From Eledone cirrhosa (lineage: Eukaryota), in NCBI GenBank assembly GCA_964016885.1, contig OZ024740.1:123318001-123382000 (forward strand): a DNA stretch of 64,000 nt, read 5' to 3'. The notes beneath the pieces are model-generated. The model saw only the letters and a list, made by a program, of their open reading frames with translations, was not told the origin of the DNA and did not search any database. This document shows, in pieces, positions 1 to 11,868 of this stretch. The position numbers were made by a program, and so were the translations under genes. The stretch's first letter is position 1. Every line of letters starts with the position of its first letter.

Positions 1-1797
1 AAGATGGTAATGGGGAATTGCAGGAGGAGACACACTGATCTTGCCATGGGATGGATAGACTACAGAAAGGCATTTGACATGGTGCCTCATTCTTGGATCA
101 CCAAAAGCCTGGAGATCTTCAGGGTGGCAGATAACATCAGACAGTTGCTGGGCAGGAGTATGGGGTCCTGGGAGACAGAGTTGACATCAACTGGAGTATC
201 CTTGGGAAGCGTGAAGATCAAGAGAGGTATCTTCCAGGGAGATAGCCTGTCCCCTCTGTTGTTTGTCCTTGCCCTGATGCCCTTGACCATTATGCTGCGA
301 AAAGTGAGAGCAGGATACAAGTTGGGAAGGGGAGAGCTTACCATCAATCACCTCCTCTTCATGGACGATCTTAAGCTCTTCGGGAAAAGTGAGAAGGAGT
401 TGGATGTGCTTGTTGACACTGTCCGTATTTTCAGCAGTGATATATGTATGCAGTTTGGTATTGGTAAATGTGGAGTCATTGTGATGAGGAGGGGTAGGTT
501 GAGCAGAAGTAGCGGGATCCTGATACCAACAGGTGAGATGATAAAGGAAATTGACTCTGAGGAAGGATACAAGTATTTGGGCGTTCTGGAGGCTGATGGC
601 ATAAAGAACAAAAAAATGAAGGAATTGTTAAGAACTGAATACATTCGGAGAGTAAGGAGCGTATTGAAGTCACATCTGAACAGCAGAAATGCCATAAGCG
701 CAGTAAATTCCCGAGCTGTGTCTATTATTAGGTACAGTGCGGGAATTCTGAGATGGAATGTTGCTGAACAAAAAGAAATGGATAGGAAGACTAGGAAGCT
801 ATTGACTATCTACAACATGTTCCACAAGAGGAGTGATGTCGATAGACTCTACCTAAGGAGATCTGAGGGTGGAAGAGGTCATACCAGCATAGAGGACTGT
901 GTTCAGATGGAGAAAAACAACCTATACAAATACGTGACCTATAGTAAGGAGCCAATGCTCAGAGCTGTACTGAAGGAGGGGACAGTAGGCCAGGGGATGC
1001 CCAAGGAGGAAATAACATCAAGGAGGAAGAGCAGCCTTAAGGGAAAATCCCTTCATAGTACCTTCTTTGAGAAAATTGAATTTAGAGATCCACAGACACG
1101 GAACTGGTTGAGAAGAGGAGACCTCAAAAAGGCTACAGAAGGAATGCTAATGGCTGCGCAGGAGCAGGCCCTCAAAACGAAGTGGTTGAAGCACCATATT
1201 TACAAGGAGGAGGCTAGCCCACTGTGCAAGATCTGTGGAGAGAGAGAGGAGACTGTGGCTCACATTGTGTCCGAGTGTAAACACCTAGCCCAGACCCACT
1301 ATAATGGCTGGAGACACGATGTAATGGGCAGGGTGATCCACTGGCACGTGTGCAAAGTAAACAATTTACCACATTCTGAGAAATGGTATGAGCATAGGCC
1401 AGAGGCGGTGATGGAGAACAATCAGGTGAAGGTGCTGTGGGATTTTAGGATACAGACGGACAAAAAACTGGAACACAATAGACCTGACCTGGTGGTTGTG
1501 GACAAAGAAAAAAGATCGTGTCTGATTGTGGATGTGGCCTGCCCGTTCGACACGAGAGTGCAAGAGAAGGAGAGGGAGAAAATTAACCGATACCAGGACC
1601 TAAAGTGGGAGGTGAAAAGGATTTGGAACTGCCATGAAGTCAAAGTGATCCCGATTGTCATAGGCGCACTGGGGACTATCTCCAAAAGTTTCCAGGGATG
1701 GTTAAAGAAAATCGGCCCCTTCACGCTTTTTGGAACGCTTCAAAAGGCATGCTTGCTTGGAACAGCAAGAACCCTCCGATACGTCCTGAATATCTGA
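1..1797 (+). CDS. R4/Dong-clade non-LTR retrotransposon ORF (RT + CCHC knuckle + restriction-like endonuclease); 5' part lies outside the window
   Basis: Uninterrupted 597-aa frame with RT motifs WIDYRKAFDMVPH, GIFQGDSLSPLLF, HLLFMDDLKLF and YKYLG. Then CKICGEREETVAHIVSEC (CCHC) and HNRPDLVVVD...IVDVACPFD..K (PD-(D/E)xK endonuclease). Confidence 0.92.
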   Translation, partial: KMVMGNCRRRHTDLAMGWIDYRKAFDMVPHSWITKSLEIFRVADNIRQLLGRSMGSWETELTSTGVSLGSVKIKRGIFQGDSLSPLLFVLALMPLTIMLRKVRAGYKLGRGELTINHLLFMDDLKLFGKSEKELDVLVDTVRIFSSDICMQFGIGKCGVIVMRRGRLSRSSGILIPTGEMIKEIDSEEGYKYLGVLEADGIKNKKMKELLRTEYIRRVRSVLKSHLNSRNAISAVNSRAVSIIRYSAGILRWNVAEQKEMDRKTRKLLTIYNMFHKRSDVDRLYLRRSEGGRGHTSIEDCVQMEKNNLYKYVTYSKEPMLRAVLKEGTVGQGMPKEEITSRRKSSLKGKSLHSTFFEKIEFRDPQTRNWLRRGDLKKATEGMLMAAQEQALKTKWLKHHIYKEEASPLCKICGEREETVAHIVSECKHLAQTHYNGWRHDVMGRVIHWHVCKVNNLPHSEKWYEHRPEAVMENNQVKVLWDFRIQTDKKLEHNRPDLVVVDKEKRSCLIVDVACPFDTRVQEKEREKINRYQDLKWEVKRIWNCHEVKVIPIVIGALGTISKSFQGWLKKIGPFTLFGTLQKACLLGTARTLRYVLNI

Positions 1798-1898
1798 GGC
1801 GCAAGGTAGTGGCTTGATATTCAATCCAACGGACTTTCCAGTCAACCAACATCAATGACTGAGATTCAAGGAATAACAACAATAATAATAATAATAAT
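1..1898 (+). mobile_element. R4/Dong-like LINE, 3' portion with short 3' UTR and (AAT)n tail
   Basis: ORF above, about 75 bp of UTR, then AATAACAACAATAATAATAATAATAAT at about 1872-1898. Confidence 0.88.
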
Positions 1899-1952
1899 TG
1901 TTTCTACTTGTGGCACAAGGCCAGCAATTAGCCAGTACTTTACTGGTACTTT
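1896..1952 (-). mobile_element. 3' fragment of tRNA-derived SINE family A
   Basis: AATTGTTTCTACTTGTGGCACAAGGCCAGCAATTA...CTGGTACTTT matches the reverse complement of the 3' end of the full copies at 31690-31880 and 47569-47758. Confidence 0.8.
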
Positions 1953-4900
1953 AATAATAATAATAATAATAATGGTTTCTTTATTAACCACAAGGGTTTA
2001 CATAAAGTAGACATTAAGGACAGTACAGGACAATACAGGACGGTACAAATGGGCATTTCTGCGTGTAAAAAAAACAAAACAGAATGTAACAAAAAATAAC
2101 AATGAAAAATTCCTCAATAGAGGGGAGACTTCCGAGGGACATTTGTGGAGAAAGCCCATTAAAAGGCCACAGTGACCCTGACCACCAGGGCAAGTGCCCT
2201 CTCCCAGTTTTCCACCTTTAATTTACAGACACATACTCAGAGTAGGCCCATTCACTCGGGCCATACTTGCTTCTCTCACCCATCTTTCAACAAAATGCTG
2301 GGAAGAGAGCACTTCCCTCTCTACCCTGATTTTCCTTTTCAAATGAAATTTGAAAAAGTTAATCAGGGCATCACCGAAGAGGTTAATGTTCGTCTTCAGC
2401 CCTTTCAAACGTGTCCACCATACTATCTCTTTCGCCATGGCCACCAGACAGATAAAAACTGCCTGCCCTTCCTGGCTAAAGGAAGAAGGCGGAGCAATCC
2501 TCACGATGGACTCAGCTGATAGCCGGATCCGTCCTACACGTGACAGCAGGTGTTCTACATAAACCCACAAGTCAGCAATGCTCGGACACTGGACGAGTGC
2601 GTGCAGGACGGTTTCGTCGCCCTGCGCGCATCTCGGACATGCGCGGCTGACGGCACCTCCATGTCTCTAGAGTTTATCCCGAACTGGCAAAGCTCCTCGC
2701 TAGCACTGCCAGGCCGGGGATTTCTGGAAGTTGTCCATAGGCCCCGGCCCGAAATTCTTCCGATGGGATTCGCAGGTTGATTTTCGACGCCTAGAGTTTC
2801 CCCAAGTACGTCGTCGCTCTTCCCCTCCACTAATCCTCTATAGAACGCCAAGGTGGAGTTTCCACCGATCACTTTGCCCGATTGGTCGAGGGCTGTGAGC
2901 GCCTGAAGACATTCCAGTCTCCAAGCGCTCCCTCTCGGTCTTCGCTTTACCCAGGACTGCAGCTCCGTCAAGGAGACGAGCTGGGGAAATACGCGTCTAG
3001 CAAACGGCGACCACACGTGATCACCGTCGAGGAAGTGGGGGAGATGTCGTTGCCTGAGCGCGTGTCTACGCATCATCAGCCACGGCATTCCCAGCCCTCC
3101 ACGTAGCGGGTGTTGACAATAGAAGGACCGCCTGACCATCGGAGCGCGTCCCTTCCACAAAAAGCGAAAGAGCAAACGCTCCAGCGCAGTCAGGCGAGGC
3201 TTAGGACAACGTACGACGGGTCAGGCGGTAGTAGATGACGGACGCGATGTACGCGTCAGCCACCTCCACTCGATCTTTCAGGGATAGCTTCCTCTCCGCC
3301 CATTTCTGGGTGAGAGAAGCCACCCTGCTCGTCACCTCGTCCCAGCTTTTGTCCGTCTGGAGGTCTGGACCGAACCAGACCCCTAGCAATTTAACCGGTC
3401 CGTCCGTCCAGCGCCCGACGACGCTGTTGGACGGCATGGACCTGCCTCTCCAGGTGCCGAGCTGGAGGCCCACTGACCTTTCCTGGTTAATCATTGCTCC
3501 TGTCACCGCTTCGTATTCTCTTAGTGTAGTGCCGATCGCCTCGATGTGTTTGGTGTTCGACACCAATACGATGACATCGTCCGCATATGCTGACACGGAT
3601 CTTCCGCATCCTAGTTCGCGCGGGACGCTCCTCAACGTTTCTAGGTTGTGCAGTAATGGCTCGAGAGTCGATACGTACAAGAGGGACGAGAAGGGACATG
3701 CTTGGCGGACCGAGCACATGATGTTGAACGGTTGCGAAAGATGATTTTCACTCTCACCACAGAGCAGATGTCGCTGTGCATGGCAGCGATCCAGCCTCTG
3801 AAGACGGGCCCAAAGCCAGCCGCCCTCAGGACTGCCGCTAGGTAACAATGGTCGACCCTATCGAAAGCTTTCGACTGATAAAAATTGATCAAGGACACAC
3901 CCGTACCAGGTTCCCTAGCTACCCTCTCTACGATGTAACGGGTGAGGTGGAGGTTGTCGTGGATGGATCTGTCGTGAATGGATCTGTCAGGCGCCAACCC
4001 CATTGCTAGCACCTTGGCCAAAATCTTGAACTCTGTGTTTAGCAGAATTATGGGCCTGACATTATCTATGTTATCCTCTTGTTCGGATCCTTTCTCAGCT
4101 GCACCACAGCTCCTCGGCTCACAGAGCTGGGAATTCTCCCGTTCTGTTGCCAGTTGCAGTAGACGTCCGCCAAGAGGCCTCCGAACATGTCTGGCATCTG
4201 TACGTAAAGTTCATAGGGCAGAACATCCAAACCACGTGATTTACCCCTTGTGAAGCCAGTCATTGCCTCCCGTACTTCAGTGGCTGTTATCGGCTTTTCG
4301 CAACACTCCGCCTCAGTGGCCGAGAGCCGCGGCAGTTCGTCGAGGTAGCCACTAAAGTCCATCCCTCGATCCGGCTCGCCGCTGCCCCCGAACAACTGAG
4401 CGAAGTGTCACTGAAAAGCTTCACACATTTTCCCGGGATCGAGTAGCATGCGCCCGTCGTGGTCCACCAAAGACCGGATCGTGGCTTTGTTGCCGCAACG
4501 CGCCTCCGCCACTTGGGCCCATTGAACGGCTTTCGTCCCATCGTGTCTGAGAGCACACACCCTAGCTCTGACAACGCAGCCTTCGTGCTTTGCATTGAAG
4601 AATTGGTCAAGGGCCAATTTCGCCGCAAGTACGTCGGTCGCGATAACTTTGCTAAGCGCCTCGTCTAGTTTTCTAACTAATTCTCCCTCTGCTCTATTTT
4701 TCTCTATTGCTAAAGCCTTACTAAACCTAATGGACTCTATTCTAATCGCTATTTTCAGAGCACACCACCACTTGTTGTTGACGATAGCCCCCGTCAACGC
4801 CCGCTTAACTAGTTCGCTAATCCGGTCTCTGTAGGCCTTGCGCGCTGGTAAGGACGCGTTAAGCTTCCAGTAGCCGTGCCCTCGTCTATGAAGCCTATCT

Positions 4901-5850
4901 AAGTCAAGCACACAGATCACGAATTTGTGGTCCGTGTAACTGACTATCTTGAATTGTGGACAGCCTATAGTAGACGTATCTATTTCCCTACAAAACAACC
5001 CTATCTAGATATGATCTGGATGACCCTATGCGGTTTGTCCAAATCCACATTGGCACATTCGAGAAATCCAGTCGGTACCTTTCAGACAGTTCAAAACCCC
5101 TGAGCAGGTTGGTGAGGCTCTTGCACCCCCCTCCCCTATCCGCTAATCTCACACAGTCCCAGCGTGATTCTAAGGCCCCGTTCCAGTCGCCCACTAACAC
5201 TAAAGAGCGGGACGTTCCAAGACGCCGGAAGAAATCAGGCCGCCCTGCTCCTCTCGGGGCATAGACGGCCACTAGCCTGAAAGCTTGCCCGTCTCCGCTG
5301 GTCATGTCCAGCACCACCAACTTACATTCTGGGTCCAGGATGATGGCCCGTATGGCGAGATCCAAACCTCTTCGAAAAAGCACAGCAACTCCTCACCCCG
5401 ATCCAGGACGGCTGGGAGATGCGTACACATCGTAGCCGCCGAAGATCGGTGCGAAGGGCCGTGCTTAGGAGTTTCTGGTCTGGCTGATGGCCACTACACT
5501 ATGTTTAGTGACCTGAGGTCGTTGAGAAGGTGGCCCTGCTTCCATGACGACCCCAAGCCACGCGCATTTATGCTGCCTATTCTGAGTGAGGTCATGTTGA
5601 AATGGGGTGGAAAAGATGGGAAAGACAACTTACCTTACTATATCCTTATAAATCCAGCTGGAGAGTGTTTGTCGGAAGTCTCCGACGTCTTTGGGGGTAT
5701 TTTTGTTTCAGTGTCGTGTACGTTTTCTGTGTGATGCGAGTGATTTGTATGTGTGGGGGTGATGTGAACTTTTAGGTTGTTGTGTAGTCTTTTTCTGTGA
5801 TGCTGGTGTTGTGATGGCTGTAGTGTAATAATTGGATGTTGTTCAAATTT
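1953..5850 (-). mobile_element. Tx1/L1-clade LINE, decayed, 5'-truncated near the ORF1/ORF2 boundary
   Basis: Minus strand ends AATAAAGAAACC followed by an (ATT)n tail at 1953-1985. GC-rich body carries ORF2 fragments. Confidence 0.85.
2223..5595 (-). pseudogene. Tx1-type ORF2 (APE endonuclease + RT + CCHC), many frameshifts and stops
   Basis: ATG at 5595 gives MTSLRIGSINARGLGS (APE start). Fragments: VAVYAP, VLVGDWN, SRSYLDRV, YTDHK, GHGYWKLN, SKAFDRVDH, VSAYADDV, VKLLGVWF, RGGLGMP and C-terminal CPRCAQGDETVLHALVQC. Confidence 0.88.
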
Positions 5851-6215
5851 AATTGTTTCTCCTTTAGGCACAAGGCCAGCAATTACTCAGTGCATTACTT
5901 GTACTTTATTTTATGGAACCCGTAAGGATGATAAAATAAAGTACCAGTAATGCACTGGGTTTTTGCTGGCCTTGCGCCTAAAGTATAAACAATTAAATTT
6001 CAACAACATCCAATTATTACACTACAGCCAACACAACACCAGGATGTTGTTCCAATTTAATTGTTTCTACTTTTGGCACAAGACCAGCAAATACAGTGTA
6101 TTACTGGTACTTTATTTTATCAACCCCGTAAGGATGAAAGGCAAAGTTAATCTCGGCGGGATTTGAACTCAGAATGGCAAGGGCCGTAATTCTATACGTC
6201 AAAGTATAGCTACTA
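5803..6215. repeat. Direct-inverted-direct rearrangement of the SINE-A 3' end and Tx1 junction, followed by a minus-strand SINE-A copy
   Basis: 5803-5914 is approximately the reverse complement of 5931-6042. The segment then recurs directly from about 6043 and continues into the SINE body (GATTTGAACTCAG, reversed B box). Confidence 0.8.
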
Positions 6216-6446
6216 GGTGCAGCTGTGAGTCGGCCATAATTCTTTTGATAATTATAAAAGTTTAAATTTTGGGCTCAAGGCCCCAATCTTTTTGAGTGTC
6301 CTTTTCAGAAAACAATGTATGTGCACTTATATACAGTTAACAATAAAAAATTTCCATAAATGGCAATTTTAAACAACTGAAAACAACAAACCTTTGCGGA
6401 GCTCATGATGATACGATTTACTGCGTAGGTCGCCAATAATAATAAT

Positions 6447-7114
6447 AACGGTGGTTGCTAGACACAGCGGCTTTATACGGGATGTTTGTTTACAAACACA
6501 CCGAGCATTATAATAAATGTTTGGTGAATCCATACGTACATATATATATGTGTGCATTTATGTATATATGTATACATACTACTGTACGTGTGTATACATA
6601 TATGTATGTACGTATACATACTTATATTTAAGTAACAGCCGTACTAAGAGTGGGAAATGAAATTTCGTTTCATTTTTTCCGTTTATCGTTTTCGGTGCAC
6701 CCGGCCGATTAACCTACTCGATATGCAAATTGGGCTACTCAGCGGTTAATATGCATAAGGAAAGTATATACTTTCGGACGTTCAACAATCTGGCAGGAAG
6801 GTATACGTTGCTGACGATAGCTAACAAGCTTGAAACTAGTACAGCGTTCCTTTCTCAGTGTTAAACAAACGAGCAACGGTGGTTGCTAGACACTGCGGCT
6901 TTATACGGGATGTTTGTTTACAAACACACCGAGCATTATAATAAATGTTTGGTGAATCCATACGTACATATATATATGTGTGTATTTATGTATATATGTA
7001 TACATACTACTGTACATCTGTATACATATATGTATGTACGTATACATACTTATATTTAAGTAACAGCCGTACTAAGAGTGGGAAATGAAATTTCGTTTCA
7101 TTTTTTCCGTTTAT
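6447..7114 (+). mobile_element. 428-bp partial tandem repeat (about 1.55 units) with a hammerhead ribozyme: retrozyme or Penelope pseudo-LTR-like non-autonomous element
   Basis: 6447-6686 is repeated almost perfectly at 6875-7114 (period 428). The unit carries the hammerhead at 6806-6846, starts after (AAT)n and ends at (TA)n. Confidence 0.8.
6806..6846 (+). ncRNA. Minimal type I hammerhead ribozyme
   Basis: CGTTG|CTGACGA|T AGCT AACA AGCT T|GAAA|CTAG|TA|CAGCG: complete CUGANGA and GAAA cores, stem II, palindromic minimal stem III, GUA site and stem I CGTTG/CAGCG. Stem I can extend via AGGAA/TTCCT. Confidence 0.8.
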
Positions 7115-7178
7115 ATATATATATATATATATATAAATATATATATATATAAATATATATATATATAAATATATACAC

Positions 7179-7227
<49 letters not shown>
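7113..7227. repeat. (TA)n microsatellite, imperfect
   Basis: Direct reading. Confidence 0.95.
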
Positions 7228-7229
<2 letters not shown>

Positions 7230-7578
7230 CTTAATTCTATCGTATTTTCAAAACAAAACAAAACCCTTGTTCTTCTTCTTCTCATAAATTCTTTTAAATA
7301 TATTTGTTACTTCGAAAACTCTAAACTCCCGCTCCTACTATCTCCTCCCCCTCCCTCTACTTCATGAGGGCTCGCGGCCAGCCACCCCAATATCTACATC
7401 ATGCGGCCAAACCTATCCACCCATCTCTCTCTCTCTCTCTCCCTCTCTATCTCTATATATATAAGATAAACCCTTCAAGTAAATCACATTCGCCAAATTC
7501 ATCGCTGCTTTCTTCACGGTATATCATGTAACGTAATGTACACATTTTTCTACCACTTTCCACACTCCATCCGTATCC

Positions 7579-10500
7579 AGTCCAACCTTCCAATCTTGCC
7601 AAATCCTAATGTAGTTTGTCGTATTTCGAAAAAAACAAATCTGTATTTTTTGTTATTGCCTGTTCAATACGAGGGTTTTTGTCGTATTAAACAAAAACAA
7701 ATCTTGTAATTTTGTTATCGCTTGTTAAATACGAGGACCCCATTCAATCCTTACCTTCTCGCTATCTACCCACCACCATTATTATTACGTGGACCAATCA
7801 CAATCATAAGCCAGAGCCCCCACGCACCACCATTATTATTACGTGGACCAATCATAAGCCAGAGGCCTATACTATCGCTTGCCTGGTTGCCTTTCGATAT
7901 ATGATGGATGGATGGACTACGGAATTCTGGAGAGTGGAAGAGAGAGAAAAATCTGGACGCTCAGCGACAATGCCAAAGATAAAGACAAATTCACCTCGTG
8001 GACGAGAATGAGAACACTCCTCTTTGTTTCGGCCGCGGATGGCTAACATAACCCCATCTCCCCCCGCTCCCCACCGCTCCCACCCTCCAAACGCAATCCA
8101 AAACTTCAGAGTTGGTACCATGAATGTAGGCACCTTAACGGGTCGCTCTAACGAGGTTGTAGAAATGCTCGAACGTAAGGAGGTCGATGTTTGTTGTATT
8201 CAAGAGACCAGGTGGAGGGGTGGGTCTGCTAGATTCATTGAGGGTAAAAAACGATGCTATAAGCTTTTCTGGGTGGGAAATGACGATGGGCTGGGTGGAG
8301 TAGGAATCATGGTAGCAGAAAAGTGGGCAGATAAGATAATAGACGTAAATAGAGTAAACGACAGAATAATTAAAATAAGACTTGTCCTCAATAGAACTAC
8401 GGTGACAGTAATATCTGCGTACGCACCCCAATCCGGACTGCCCGGCACTATAAAAGACAGATTCTATGAGACACTGATGCTCACTACCTCCCAAATAACC
8501 GACAGTGACTATATAATTATTGCAGGCGACCTAAATGGTCACGTTGGACAACATTGTGACGGCTACGACGAAATCCATGGAGGCTATGGGTTTGGTACTA
8601 GAAATGAGGAAGGCTCCAGAATCCTGGAATTCTGTGACGCAAATAACTTAAATATCTGTAACACTAACTTCAAAAATCGTGACAATCACCTGATCACCTA
8701 TAGATCCGGGGAACACACAAGCCAGGTAGATTATGTCCTTACCAGAAAACGTGGCAGAGTGTCTGTTGTAAACACTAAATCCCTCCCCCATGAAGAATGC
8801 ACCTCCCAACATAGACTGATAATTAGCGACCTCATAGTCAGGACGAGACGTACTCGACAGCAGAAGAGGACTATCCTCAGGAGAAAAATATGGAAGCTAA
8901 AGGACGCCACAGCCAGTAATAAATTCCAAAGCATATTACTTGATGCTTTCGACAGTAAGGAAGAGCATTTAGAGTCGGACAATATAGAGGGACAGTGGGA
9001 ATTTCTGAAAGCAAACCTGCTGATGGCGGCAGACGAAGTCTGTGGCTGGAGCAGGCCTGTAGGCAGGAGGAGAGTAACATGGTGGTGGAACAGTAAGGTG
9101 GAGGGGTCAATTAAGGCCAAAAAGCAGGCTTGGAAAGTATGGCGGGATGGGGGAATTAGAGAAGACTATCAAGTGGCCAGGAGGGAAGCTAGGAGACAAG
9201 TGTACTTCGCAAGAAGGGATGCAGAGGAAAGAAAGTTCAAGCATGTTCTAAAACGCGAGGACCAAAAACGTGAGGTGTACAGGATTGCTAGGCAATGTGT
9301 CAAGGAAAACCGTGATATTGTCGGGGAGAAGTGTGTACTTAATGATGACGGCGTACTTGCCATCACCGACGCTGATAAGAAGGTAGCTTGGAAGTGTCAC
9401 TATGAAAGGCTACTAAATGAGGAGATTAAATGGGAGAAAGACAGTCTCCCCCACATCGACCCAATAGAGGGACCAGCAGTGTTAGTCGAGGGTAGTATAA
9501 TAAGTAAGGCAATCAAGGATATGAAGACGGGTAAGGCGGCTGGGCCTTCGGAAATAGTTGCTGAGATGCTGAAGGCATCTGGCACGGTGGGACACACCAT
9601 GGTCACCCGGATAGTTAACCAAGTCGTACAGAATGGGGTTGTTCCGAAGGACTGGCATAGCAGCAGCATCGTTAACTGTTATAAGGGTAAAGGAGATGCC
9701 CTAGATAGGAGTAACTATAGAGGCATTAAATTAATCGACCAGGTCATGAAGGTCACGGAAAAAGTAATAGCGCAACTAATCAGAGAGAGAATTGACCGAG
9801 ATGAAATGCAGTTCGGGTTTGTGTCAGGCAAAAGTACCACAGACGCTCTTTTCATTGTACGACAACTACAGGCGAAGTACATAGCTAAAAGTAAACCCCT
9901 CTACTTAGCTTTTGTCGACTTGGAGAAAGCCTTCGACAGAGTCCCCCGTTCCATTATCTGGTGGGCCCTTAGAAAACTAGGTGTCAACGAATAGCTTGTG
10001 AGAGCTATACAAGCCATGTATAAAGAAACAGTCAGCAAGGTTAGAATTAACAACGAATATAGTGAAGAGTTTAGCGTAAAAGTTGGCGTCCATCAGGGCT
10101 CTGTTCTCAGCCCCCTACTATTTATTATTGCCCTTCAGGCTATAACAGAGGAGTTTAAGACTGGCTGCCCATGGAAACTCCTATACGCAGACGACCTAAC
10201 ACTCATAGCTGAATCAATGGCCGAGCTAGAGAAGAAATTCCAAACATTGAAGCACGGCCTAGAATCAAAAGGCCTTAAAATTAATCTGGCTAAGACCAAA
10301 GTTCTAGTTTGTAGGAACGAAAATAAGGCGGCGGTCACTTCCAGGAAGTGTCCATGCTCAGTGTGTAGGAAAGGCGTAGGTAGAAACTCCATTTTGTGTC
10401 AGAAATGCAAAGTATGGGTGCATAAAAGATGTAGTGGGATCACAGGTAAGCTAACTAAGAACATAGATTTCACATGTGGCCGGTGCTCTGGTGCAATAAG

Positions 10501-11532
10501 TAGCAGCAAGTGCCCCAAAAAATACTAGCTCTTTCAACTCCGCAGAGGGCTCTATAGAAATAGTGGACAGCTTCCGTTACCTGGGTGACAAAATCAGCAG
10601 TGGGGGAGGGTGCTCTGAAAGTGCAGTAGCTAGAGTCAGAACTGGATGGAAAAAGTTCAGAGAGCTTATACCACTATTAGCCGCTAAAGGGTTCTCCCTA
10701 AAAATGAAACGCAGGTTGTATGATGCATGCATACGAACAGCAAAGTTGCATGGCAGTGAGACCTGGGCATTGTGTGCAGAGGATATACGCAGACTAGAGA
10801 GGAACGAAGCTTGCATGCTCCGCTGGATGTGTAATAGTAATATACGTGAACGGCAAAGCATAAACGAACTAAGGAAAAAATTAGAAATAAGAGGGATCAG
10901 ATGTTGTTTACTCGAGAGAAGGCTACGTTGGTATGGACACGTGATGCGCATGAATGTCGATAGCTGTATAACAAAGTGCAGGGCAATAAAGATAGACGGT
11001 AGCCACGGAATAGGCAGACCTAGAAAAACCTGGGACGAGCTGATAAACTCCGACCTCACACACTTACACCTCTCCAAGACAATGTCACTGGACCGAGACC
11101 TTTGGTGGTACTCAGTAATAGAGAAGACCCGCCTTACCTAAATACATAGTAAAACCTACTACAGTCAGTAGGCATCTCTAACAAAATACACCCCCGTCCC
11201 ACCACCCCCACCCCATCCACACCGCCCCTTCTATGTAAAGTTATGTTGGTGACACACCATCCAGGCCGAAACAAATGAGATTGTGTAGGTGTCACGACAA
11301 AAAAACACCCAGTCAACGCTGTAATGTGGCCGTGTAGGCAACACGGTAAAAACCTCCCAGACCCACACTGTAAATGTGGTTGGTGTTAGGAAGGGCATCC
11401 AACTGTAGAAAACCTGCCAGACAGTCCTATGCGAGCAAGACAATCACTCTTGCCTCAAGTGGGAAAACCCCCGTCCAAACCCATGCAAGCGTGGAACACG
11501 GACGTTAAACGTTGATGATGATGATGATGATG

Positions 11533-11534
<2 letters not shown>
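7579..11534 (+). mobile_element. RTE-clade LINE, near full-length copy 1, (GAT)n tail
   Basis: Aligns end to end with the reverse complement of 49483-53399. The 5' UTR has internal tandem repeats, and the (GAT)n tail runs into (TA)n. Confidence 0.92.
7901..11141 (+). pseudogene. RTE single ORF (APE endonuclease + RT with internal PHD-like finger), disrupted
   Basis: Motifs VGTMNVGTL, CCIQETRW, SAYAPQ, AGDLNGHVG, SQVDY, SQHR, NYRGIKL, AFVDLEKAFDRVP, GVHQGSVLSPLLF, LLYADD, FRYLG, RLRWYGHVMRM and GRPRKTW. Stops at 8009 and 9992, frameshift near 10520. Confidence 0.92.
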
Positions 11535-11563
<29 letters not shown>

Positions 11564-11672
11564 AATATATATACACACACAATATAAAGTCAGAAAGCTT
11601 GTGATTGGTGCTCTGATTGTTGATTATTTGATTAATTAATTCCTCATTGAGCAACACCGTGAATGGTTGCCA

Positions 11673-11675
<3 letters not shown>

Positions 11676-11717
<42 letters not shown>

Positions 11718-11749
11718 CTACGGCTCTGTCTAGTTTATGTATAAGTAAA

Positions 11750-11840
<91 letters not shown>

Positions 11841-11845
11841 ATATA
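11676..11845. repeat. Two (TA)n microsatellites
   Basis: Direct reading. Confidence 0.95.
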
Positions 11846-11868
11846 CAATATATATTGTATATTGGCAT

